Of a stretch of 64,000 nt of DNA, positions 12,329 to 23,782 are shown piece by piece (position 1 is the first letter of the stretch; every line of letters begins with the position of its first letter). The notes under the pieces are model-generated. The model was not told where the DNA came from and searched no databases. It worked only from the letters and a program-made list of their open reading frames with translations. The position numbers and the translations under genes are program-made. The stretch covers positions 1-64,000 of the forward strand of contig LWCA01000018.1 in NCBI GenBank assembly GCA_001642005.1, given 5' to 3'. The stretch comes from Intoshia linei. Lineage: Eukaryota > Animalia > Orthonectida.

Positions 12329-12977
12329 TTAATTTTTAATACTCATTCTGTTTCCTTTTGATTCGTGGATTTGTTCTTCTAGAATTCTATATGCCATGGG
12401 TTTGATGTTTTTGTAAATTGGTCCGCCGAATCGAGTCATTGGTTCTTCATTAATGCAAATATTTACATGATTTTCCATTTGACCTGGATTTATTTGATTA
12501 GGCGTACAATTAGGATCGACCATGTGCGATCCACAATCTCTTTCATCCACTGACATTGATTTGTACATTTCATCATTTTTTCTGTAATATTTACAATATC
12601 ACATTGATGCTATTCAATTTATTTACCTTCTTCGTATAATAATATCCAATTCGTTACCACATCTAAGAATCTCGCATTTTGCCTTTTTATGGGTTGAATT
12701 GGTCATGACAAAGTCAAAAACTATTTTATTAATATAATGTAAATAAATTCATACTTTGCAGTAATTCATCGTCTACTTTCATACCAGATTTTTCAGCTAT
12801 GGATCTTTGTCTAATCTACAAAATATTGTCAAAAAACGGTAAATAATGTACTCTATCAAAGTATAGTTTTTGTCCAATTTCTCTACCACCAGCCAACCTG
12901 AACCCCCATTGTCTTCCTGTATCGTGCCTTCGAAGTTGAACTCTGTAGTATGAATAATTTTTATTGCAGTTTTGCAT
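12329..12977 (-). CDS. Short PDZ-domain protein, ALP/Enigma (PDLIM/Zasp)-like PDZ, no LIM domain
   Basis: Exons 12977-12852, 12815-12755, 12720-12627, 12581-12329; WGFRLAGG, SIAEKSGMKVDDELLQI, THKKAKCEI; introns 36, 34 and 45 nt. Confidence 0.85.
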
Positions 12978-13181
12978 TTTGGTCAGATTAAATTGTGCGA
13001 ATTTCAAATTCAGTAAAACTTATATAGGTTTGAAATTTGATATCGAAACTTTTAGTTTAATTTATACATTTTACATATTGAGAACAATTTAAACATTTTA
13101 TGGGAATGTATGTTTGATTATAGGTTTGTAGATTAAGTGAATATTAAATTTAATTTTATTTAAAATTCGGTAACATTTTAA

Positions 13182-14043
13182 TTATATTCCCAAGCCGAAA
13201 ACTGTTATTATACAATATATCCACTTGTTTTCCCATCGAATTGTACAACTCCCGTCTGTAGTAGAATCCCAATAACAGGAACTTGCTGTGTGAAGTCCAG
13301 CACCAGTTTTTTGCATTATGATGCAATTAACTAAATATTTAAATGTATTATGAAATTTTAAAATTTAATTAAAATTCTGTAAACTTATTTTGATGAATGG
13401 AAGGTCGGATATTTTGTGTTAATAAAAATGAATAAGAGGAATACACTTGTTAAAAAAAAAAATTTATGAGCGCAGTTTAGCGGTCACTAGTAATTTTCAA
13501 TCCAAATACTCATTTTTTTAAAATAAAAAAATGAAATCAGCATTATGTAGAAAAAATTACCAATATATTTGAAAGGTTTATTAAGTTTGGCTAATTGACT
13601 CAAGCATGATTCAATTATTGTCGTAGTCCACTGGTTTATTTTAGTCTGATGGTATGAGCTATTTCCAATAACACTTTCAATAGACTAATAAATGTAACAT
13701 AAACAACTATTATCAAGCTTTGATGCAGCCGCACCAACATTATATTTTAATAATACAATTAGTTCACTGAAAACCCTGTAACGTTTCCATGGAAATATTG
13801 ATTGATATTTTTAAAAAACTTTAAAAAATACATTCCGCCAATGAACAATAATGTAGCATTGGTTTTTAAATATCAAGTATATTAAGAGAATACAAATAAA
13901 AACCTCTTTAATTATATTGCTGACTTCATCCACCACGAAACTTGTCTAGTTTTTCAATAAATTTAAATTTAGATAATTTTTTTTAAACATTAAAGTAAGT
14001 TAAATAAATCCCTTACTTCTTCGGAATTTTGTAAATCGTCCAT
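13182..14043 (-). CDS. DYNLT1: Dynein light chain Tctex-type 1
   Basis: Exons 14043-14017, 13945-13904, 13684-13561, 13330-13182; [54 protein letters not shown]. Not in the ORF track. Confidence 0.97.
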
Positions 14044-14616
14044 AAATTTCAATATTAGATTAAACTTTAGAAATTTTCCAAATTGTATATCGTTGGTATC
14101 TATACAACTCTAAACAAACGGTGAATACACGGAACGAATTGGTTGGTTAAATTGGTTGAATTCAGACACATTTATCACTGAAGTAGAAAATTATTTAATT
14201 TAATTTTATACTTATTTCATTTTACTTGTAACCTTGTATTATAATTTGTATTTGTTTGATTTTTTCATAATTAAAATGAGTAAAATAATTTTACAAGAGA
14301 TTACATTAAGATGGTTTGTTACAATTATGCTATGATTTAAATGCTTTTGTTTAAGTTTTTAGTTTTTTTATAATTTAAAAATTAAAACAATAAAAGCGTA
14401 ATAACCAAAAAATAATGGTGATTCAAACTTATATAATTATCAAATAATTTTAATATCAATCAAAATATTTGTGGTGACAACAAAGATTGAATATAGTTGA
14501 AATTTAAATTAAATAAAAATTAACGTGCTGTTCCCAACCAATTATTTATATAAATAGCTATTTTCTGGTTTATTAATTTTTACCAATATACTTACAAATT
14601 TATACTTTTCCCAAAA

Positions 14617-17600
14617 ATGGTAATTTTAACATGCAAACATTTCATCCCTTTAATATTATTGTTTGTTATTTTTAGACGTGCAGAATGGAACAAGGCGGAA
14701 AATTTGTATATATTAAATCTTCTGGGAACCAAGAAATTGTGGTTCGATTTCCTCCAGAGGCGTCCGGGTAATTGTTTTTAATTATTGTTATATCGCAGTG
14801 TTAAAGTTATAATGTTCTATTTGAATTTTTGACAAAAATGATGTTTTTGATGAAAAATGTTGTAAATCATATCTTACATTTTATTAAAAAAATTAATATA
14901 TAGCTTGAAAACGTATTATTTTATGATATAACGAACATTTACCTGTTCAATTACTAAATTTTGACTCGGTATTTCATTACAAAATTATCAAATTCCTATT
15001 AAAAATAACCTCACAGATTCTAAAAAGAAAGATATTAAAAGTATGTTAATTAAAATGGACAATGAGTAAAGAATTTTATAATTTAAACAAATTGATAATT
15101 AATTTTGATGATAAAAATGTTAAATGTTAACATTTTCTATAGAATATTGTTCTATTTGCAATTTTTTCAAATCAAATAGTTAGACTGATTGTTCCATTAG
15201 TGAAATTTAAGTTCTGAAAAACAATGATTTTTTTATTTTTATCGTACGAAACTTTTCAATATACTTTAACAAATATTAACAAATTAAATTGTATCATTAA
15301 AGTTCAATATAAAAATTATATTTTATGCAATATAGTATATTTAAACTTTAAATTCGATTGATGCAAATAGAACATTATGATTCTAACACTGCGATATATG
15401 TATTTTAATCGAAAAGCATTTAGTCTGGGTGCACATGGATTTAGGTGTTAGCATAACATGAATAGAAGTTCCATCGACTAGGGGTGGGCACCTTATCATG
15501 GTGACGGCTTGGATGGTAGATTATTATAATTTGGCGGGCCGGACACATTAAACGTTTAATACCACTTGTGAGTATTTAGTAGGATGACAGTGCACTGCAC
15601 TGCGGTGGATTAAAATAATAAAAATATAAAATGGAATAAAAATACGGGAACGGGCGTAAGTTGCCCATCCTTGCCGTAAACCAGAGGTGGGGAAGCATTT
15701 ACTGGTCGAAGGCAACACTAACGTCCCAGAAAGATTTAATAAGGTCGTACTTTTCTAAATAAAATTTAATCAAATACAGCAGTTATTTTCATAGGGTTAC
15801 TGGCACCCCAAGGGGTAAATACGAAAATTTTAGATGATTGGTGAATGATAAATTATTAGCATATTTTATTCAGTTTAGTAAAATCTTATCAGAAAAAACT
15901 CAAATTTTACCAACTTTTTTGAAAAAATCCGCACTTTCCCACCTCTGCCGTAGACTAATACAGTATAACCTCTGTTATTCGCGAAAATGGAGATTAGAAA
16001 TATCGGGTGAATAACGGAATATAATTATAATATTAATTTTTAATTATTTTAAAATATTGCATTATACTGACTAAAATTTTACTAAAACTTATTATAACTT
16101 GATAATGATGAAATAATTAGATTTTTGCACATTGGACACGCTAAAGCAGCTTTATTAAATCAATATTATCAGAAACAATTCAACGGAAAATTGATAATGC
16201 GTTTTGATGACACCAACCCCAATAAAGAAAAATCAGAGTATGAAAAAGCTATATTACAAGATTTGAAAACATTAAAAGTGGAATGGGATATCCACACTTA
16301 TACATCTGATAGTTTTGAAAAAATTTTGGATTTTGCAAATATAATGATTAAAAACGATTTGGCATATGTAGATGATCGATGTGTTGAAATAATTAGAAGT
16401 GAACGAGAAAAAATGATTGAACCAATTTGTCGTAACAATACAACCAGTGAAAATTTGAAAAAATGGCAGGAAATGATAGACGGAACGACCTATGGAAAAC
16501 AATGCTGTTTGCGTGCCAAAATCGACTACGCTTCTTTTAATGGTTGTATGCGAGATCCCGTAATATACCGTTGCTGTGAAACTCAGCACCCTCGAACCAA
16601 AGACAAATACAAAGTCTACCCAACTTATGATTTCGCGTGCCCTATTGTTGATAGTATTGAAAATGTGAGTCACGCTATGCGTACCTCGGAATACGCCGAT
16701 AGAGATCATCAGTATTATTGGTTTTGCGACGCTTTGAAAATTAGAAAACCTCAAGTATTGAGTTACAGTAGATTGGGATTGGAGTATACTCTATTATCAA
16801 AGCGAAAATTGGCCTATTTAGTGGAATCAAAATATGTTAATGGATGGGACGATCCACGATTTCCAACGGTTCGGGGAATGTTTAGAAGAGGTATGACATT
16901 GGAAGGTTTAAAGGAATTTGTAATTGCACAAGGGTTTTCAAAAAGTATTACCAATATGAGTTGGGATAAAATTTGGGGATTTAATAAAAAAATAATTGAC
17001 GTCATTGTTCCACGATACACAGCAATCGATCAAAATTGTGTTATTATATCACTGGTTAATTTTAAAAACTGTTATAATGATAAATTCGAAATTGACGTTG
17101 ATTTACACCCTAAAAATTCAAAAATTGGTTCAAAGAAGATATTATGTTCGGATCAAGTATACATCAATTACAAGGACGCAATCGAATTGAAACTAAACTC
17201 TCGTGTTACATTAATTAAATGGACCAATATTGAGATTTTAAAAATTAAACAGGTTGACAACAAAATTGTTGAAATTGTTGCAAATTTACTTGTTGAAGAT
17301 AAAAATTTTAAAAATACAAACAAACTTTCTTGGATCTCTGCAAATGATCAACTTGTTAAAATTGAAGCCACCCATTATGGAAACATACTGACAAAATGTA
17401 AACTCGAAAAAAATGACGATTTTAAAAAGTTTATCAATCACAAATCCATGTCGAAATTTTTTCTACTTGGTGAAAGTTCAATGAAAATCAAAGCGGGCGA
17501 TTCTATACAAATTATGCGAATGGGGTATTATATATGCGATGCTGTCGATGCAGATGGAACTTTGAATTTAATTGACATACCGGATGGTCGAGCTACAAAT

Positions 17601-20272
17601 TTGTCTACTTGCGACTCTGTTTCGAATGTCAAGAATCCAAATGAAATTAAAAAACTTGTTGATGCTATAACTAATTGTCTTAAAGACATTCAAATAGCTG
17701 AAGCTAAGGGAAATGAACCAATTCTACTCAAGAAACAAAGAAAATTAATCGATTTGAAAAAACGATTTAAGGGCATGGCTGGAGAGGAATTTAACCCCGA
17801 TTCAGCAAGTGTGAAAACTGAAAAAAAATCGACCAAAACCAAGTCTAAAAAAAACAAAAAAACTGACCAATCAAAAAAACAAGAAAAAACCCAAGACTTA
17901 AAATCAGCAAAACCGGTTGAAGATTCCAAAAAAAATACTAAACTTGGTATGGACGTTAAAAAAAGTGAAAATTTTAACAAATGGTATACTCAAGTTTTAC
18001 AAAAGGCGGAAATGATTGAATATTATGATGTCTCCGGGTGCTACATTATTACTCCTTGGTCTTTTTTTATTTGGGAAGCAATTAAAGAATATTTAGATAA
18101 AAAAATTAAAAGTTTTGGGTTTTCTAATGCATATTTTCCAATGTTTGTCAGTGAAGCTGCTTTGCAAAAAGAAGAAACTCATATCGCTGATTTTTCACCA
18201 GAAGTTGCATGGGTCACTCAATCTGGTAATTCTGTAATGGCAAAGAAGATTGCAATTAGACCTACAAGTGAAACTGTAATGTATCCTACATTTTCAAAGT
18301 GGGTTCAATCTCATCGGGATTTACCAATTAAAATTAACCAATGGTGTAATGTCGTTAGGTGGGAATTTAAGGATGCTATGCCATTTGTTAGGTCCAGAGA
18401 GTTTTTATGGCAGGAAGGCCATTCCGCTTATTCGGATAAAAATAGTGCAATGAATGAGGTGTACGAAATTATTGATCAATATGAATATATTTATGAAAGT
18501 TTACTGGCTATACCTGTTATTAAGGGGAAAAAAACTGAAAAGGAAAAATTTGCTGGTGGGGATATGACTACAACTGTTGAGGTGATAGTTACTCATTCTG
18601 GCAGAGGCGTTCAAGTAATTTTTACATTTATTTATTTTTATATTTTCAAACTCACATGGGATTTTTACTATTAGTGTATTGATATATTTTTTAGTAAAAT
18701 TTAGGGTTTACAAAACGTTAAATGGAATATATTAGCCATATAGAATGAATCAATTTTTAATTATTCCAAGTTACAATTACAGTTGGCCCAATGACAAATT
18801 TTGACCGTATATAAAATTCTGTGTTTTTAAGAAAATATTTAAGAAAACTAACATTTTTTCAAAAACATAAACATCTACATCTAACATTAATAACAAGTTT
18901 ATTTATTTTGATTTAGGCCGCAACTTCTCATTTCTTGGGACAGAATTTTTCTAAAATTTTTGACATTTCTTATATTGACACTGAAACCAATGAAAACTCT
19001 TTTGCGTATCAAAATTCTTGGGCAATTACAACAAGGTCGATTGGTTTAATCACAATGATTCACGGTGACGATAAAGGAATGATTTTACCACCCAAGGTTG
19101 CAAAATATCAGGTTATTTATAATTCACATATATAATATAGTGGAATAGTGGTCGTGATTTAAGTTTTAAGATTTAAAAATGGCATGTAAAGTAGAAATCT
19201 GCATTGACCGTAATCTTAGCCGATTATTTAAAATATTTATTATTACTCTTACACGTTATCTGTTCATTTGTGTGTAGAGGCGAACCTGCCATTGTTCGAG
19301 TTTCCTAAATATAAAATATAAGTTTAAAAATTTTAAATCTAGGTGGTTATTATTCCATGTGGACTAAAAGCCTCTTTACCAGAAAAAGAATCTCAAGAAG
19401 TAATACAATGCTGTGAAAGCGTAAAATCTATTCTTGAAGATAAAAATGTTCGAGTACATGTTGATAATAGAGACAATTATTCACCTGGTTGGAAATTTAA
19501 CTATTGGGAATTAAAAGTATTTAATTATTTTGAATTATTGACATTTTTCCTTTCAAAAAAATTATAAAGTATACTTTTAGGGTGTTCCCCTCCGCTGTGA
19601 AATCGGACCTCGAGACGTGAAAAGCAAATCATTGACATTTGTTAGAAGGGATACTTGTGAACGAGTCAAAATGGGCTTTGATAACATGATGTATGCTAAC
19701 GTAGTTAATTTATTTAACTTAATACATGATAATTTACTCACCAGGTACATTTACATTAATGTAATGTTATATTGTTTTTATTATATTTTTTAATATTATT
19801 AGAGCTACAGAAAGACAACAAGCTACACTTTCCACTTGTACAATTTTTGAAGGTAATTTATATTATTATCAGTGTAATTTTTACTTACCGTTAAATTTCA
19901 TAAACCCATTCGAAATGGTCGATTCCCCTCCTTAACTTTGTTTTTATATTTTTAGAATTTAATGTATTTTTTTAATAGAAAGTTTACAAGCAATAAAACA
20001 GAATAAAATTATATATGCACCATTTTGCCTTGGTCAAAAATGTGAAGAAGAATTTAGAAAACTTACAACGATCGTGGAGTATTTTATTTAATAAAACTAT
20101 TATTTAATTATTATGGTTTAACAAACAATTTAGAAGCGACAAGCAATTAATGGGAGCCAAATCTTTGTGTATTCCGTTTAAAAAGATTGCAGTGGTTACC
20201 TCAGAAAAGTGTATTAACCCCAATTGTACTTCCACACCTACAGATTACGTTTATTTTGGACGATCTTATTAA
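14617..20272 (+). CDS. EPRS: Bifunctional glutamyl-prolyl-tRNA synthetase, without the N-terminal GST-like domain and with one WHEP-like repeat
   Basis: Exons 14617-14619, 14676-14767, 16121-18614, 18917-19111, 19343-19516, 19581-19744, 19803-19852, 19979-20078, 20134-20272; [36 protein letters not shown]-terminal FGRSY. Confidence 0.97.
14794..15393. mobile_element. TIR element in EPRS intron 2 (superfamily unclear; ATAT or TA target)
   Basis: About 30-bp TIR CGCAGTGTTA(A/G)A(G/A)T(T/C)ATAATGTTCTATTTG, flanked by ATAT on both sides. Confidence 0.8.
15479..15673. mobile_element. hAT MITE (older)
   Basis: TIRs TAGGGGTGGGCAC / TTGCCCATCCTTG; flanks CCATCGAC / CCGTAAAC. Confidence 0.7.
15682..15947. 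mobile_element. hAT MITE, CAGAGGTGGG family
   Basis: TIRs CAGAGGTGGGGAAG / CTTTCCCACCTCTG; TSD CCGTAAAC / CCGTAGAC; relatives at 35727-36097 and 54546-55158. Confidence 0.88.
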
Positions 20273-20335
20273 AATATGAATTAATTGAAATAAATTTATT
20301 CTAATTTTTCTTATTTTTTGTGGTATGGATCAGAT

Positions 20336-23233
20336 CAGTTATTATTAAACGGTGCGGCGCACTGGTGCGCCGTGAGTAGAGTTCAAATGTGCCTTAAAGA
20401 TATTTGAGTTGTTTATACATTTTTAAAAATTAGTGTCAAACTTTAGACTTTAAACGTCAAAGATTAACCATTATTTGATGAATATTTTGGAATTTAATAA
20501 TTAAATAATTTAAATATGGTAAACACCAAAAATATCAACATTACATCATACAACAAATGTTCTTTACCAGAGAATATTCTTAAATGCAACCATTTTTACT
20601 AAAAATCAAAAATCCACTTATATTAACCCTTAAGGGAAAAATATTATAGAAAATTTATAAAACTAGAAAAGTAAATTAAATTTTTTTTTGAATTTTAGTT
20701 ACAGACTTGACAAATTACTATTTTTGATATTTTATTAAATAAAAAGAAAAAATTTTTTTTTTTAGTAGTTTATGCAATTTTATAATTCTTGCTTAATTAT
20801 GTATTTATATAAATTCACAGTAACCCGTAAAATGTACACCTTTGCAATTCAATAAGAGTAAAGGTGATAAATTTTATTTAATGCAAAAAACTTGTCTTAA
20901 AAATTATATTTATAATTAGATTTTTCTTTAAGGGTTAGTAAAATTGGGTTTTTCTTTTTAGGGTTGGTACATTTGGATTAGTAATAATCGTTGAATTTAA
21001 GAAGACGCACTTTACCAAATCAAAGTATTTTTGCATTATTATAATTTTATATTTATCGTTTTTAATCTTTGCATATTTTCGAATATCAATGTGCTTTTTT
21101 CTGATAAAAATTTAAAGTGAGCCAAATTTTTATTTATTTCACAGGTGCACCTTAACCTGTTAACTGGTTTACAATTTTAAAAGTGTCATCATTTCAGTGG
21201 ATGCAAAAAATAATAAATATATTTTTATGGTTAGTTTATTTTACTAGGTTAAATAGATTATGCAAGAATAATTATAATTTACTAGTAATTTTTAACAGTA
21301 TGATAAATTTTAAAACATAGTATACACAATGTTTTATCACATTCTTTACATCCATATATCGTGTCCGTTCTTTTGTTTTGACTTGAGCATACATGATATT
21401 TTCGCCTTTTAGTTTTTCCCCATAAAGCTTCAATAAAATGTCTCCCAGAAAGTCTCAGAGGAGTCTCAAAATCTGAAGTTGATCGGATACGCTTGTACGT
21501 TGGATGTCTATATTTCATTATAATATTTTCAATATAAAATTAACTCTTTCCATAGAACCGCCATTTTTTTATACACAATATACGCATTCAAGGTGGACAT
21601 ATCGATAATTCTTCTGAATTGTTTGATGTAATACTTTTTAAGTTGCTTTCGGGTAGTACAATAGGATGCCACGAAAGAGTCATTTAAATCTACACCTCCT
21701 ATTGCGTCATTATAATCAATAGTAACATTTGGTTTAACTTTAGCTTCTTTATATTGATACTCTATTGTTTTAACTGAATCATTATGGTAGGTACTCATGA
21801 TGTACACGTCCTTCTTATCTTTCCATCTCAACACCATTATTCTGTTTTGATAAAGGGCCCTCATTTCACCTTTTTTTAATTTACCCTGTTTTAGTTCTTT
21901 CGGTAACCCCAATCTATTAATTCTAAATGTTCCCACAGCGTCGGTTTTATGTTTACATAAAGTTTTGAATAATGAAATAGATGAAAAAAAGTTAATCATG
22001 TGAACGCAATAACCTTTGTTTAAAATGTCGTTCATTAATGTAAGGACAACCTTTGTACTTTAATATTTTTCGGTTTCGAAATCACTGTGGAAGCAAGTAT
22101 CTTTACCAGTGTATATAAAGAACTTCCATATATATCCGGATGATGATTCACATAATTCATATAATTTTATTCCGAAACGTGAACGTTTTAGAGGAATGTA
22201 TTGTTTCCAGCTCAAGCGACCTTTCCATAACCTCAACGATTCATCTATTGATACATTTTTTCCAATTCTAAAACATTGCTGAATTTTGTATTCATATGCT
22301 GGAGAATAGGCCATATTTTTCGTAATTTTTGGGGTATATCGTGAGAAATATTGGTATTGTCAGAAAAGTGTAAAAATTTAAGAAGTAGTAAAAACCGTTT
22401 CTCTGTAAAAACTTGTCCAAAAAACGGCGTTTCAATCATAGGACTGCGGGAAAAATACATAGCAAATGTTGGTTTTTATATAATTCCTTATAATAGTATT
22501 ATAGCAAGTAATTGCCTTATTTCTGATGGGTATCTACGTGTCCAATCATAAACTCTAAATATTGCTATAAAAAATTATATTTATATTTACCTGCATTTTA
22601 ATTTTATTTCTAAATTATTTATGAATTGTTCCATATACAAATTAGTTTCCTTACTAATTAATTCAATTATTGGTTGATCAAAATATAGTTTGAAATATGA
22701 TATTGGATCATCAGGATTATTTATGTTTACTTTGATGCCGGGATTTGATATAAATTCTAAAGTTTCTCTTTTTTGACCATTGGAATACCATATATCTGAG
22801 TTTGTATTGGTATTTGGTAATTCATCTTCAGAACTCTCATACAATAAATAATCAACGGATATATCATCAGAATAATAACTCATTTAAAATAAAATAATAG
22901 TTTAATGTAAATATAAAATTGCGTATTAATTAATTAACCATGGAATTAAAAAATTAAAGTTGACTAACTTTTATTTCTAAATTGACTGTACAGTAAAATC
23001 TCGATTATTGCATGAATAATTAATGTTTCTGCATTGTCTAATAATAATTCTATATGTCTGAATGTTGACATAGTATTTAATTTAATAATTTTAACATGGT
23101 TGCTATGTTTTAAACCGGTATAATTTTGATTTTACAAAACGCATATAAGCGTCTCTACCACTACATGATGACATAAAAAAGACGCACATATGCGGTTCTA
23201 ACAAGTTAAAGTAAAAAAGATTAAGAAACACTT
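20336..23233. mobile_element. Degenerate hAT element carrying two nested insertions
   Basis: Left end CAGTTATTATTAAAC...GGTGCGCCG; removing the piggyBac restores GGTGCACCTTAAAGTAAAAAAGATTAAGAAACACT, a typical hAT right end; flanks GATCAGAT / GTTTAGAT. Confidence 0.6.
21156..23205 (-). mobile_element. piggyBac (PGBD4-like) transposon with pseudogenised transposase (22883-21282)
   Basis: TTAA on both flanks; IDES..WKGRLSWKQYIPLKRSRFGIKLY, MINFFSS (catalytic D lost), YNDAIGGVDLND, Cys-rich tail; several frameshifts; GACGC..GCGTC palindromes at ~23139-23195. Confidence 0.9.
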
Positions 23234-23782
23234 GTTTAGATTAAAAATCTAACAAATTAACATATCCTCAATTTTATAAAAGGCAAAAAATTTAATAAAA
23301 ATTATAAATTATAGTAAATAACAAAATTGTAACATTCTCATGAAAATATTTAAAAAAAGTACAAAAAATTTTAAATATACATATGTAATTGATTTTTATT
23401 GTATTTACAAAATTATTAAATTTTCTTAACAAATTATGGTTGGATAATTACTAAAAATAATCATATGGATAAACTACATTTTATACAATAGGACTGATCA
23501 ACAAAGAATGGTGAAGCCAAATTATTTTACTGTCTACTTTGTTTTAAAATTAAAAAAAATCATTTTGAGGGAAATTGAAAAAAGTTAAAAGACCGCTCAG
23601 AGTGCGACACAGTATAGAATTTTGAAATTACACTAAATAATCAACGTTTAACATATGGCTCTTTTAGATTGTGATAATTATTTTGTATTACCAATTTAAA
23701 TTTTAAAGACATGAAAATGTTTAATTCAACTCCTAACTTTATTATTGAAATTTCTATTATTTAAATTTAATTATCGTTCAAA

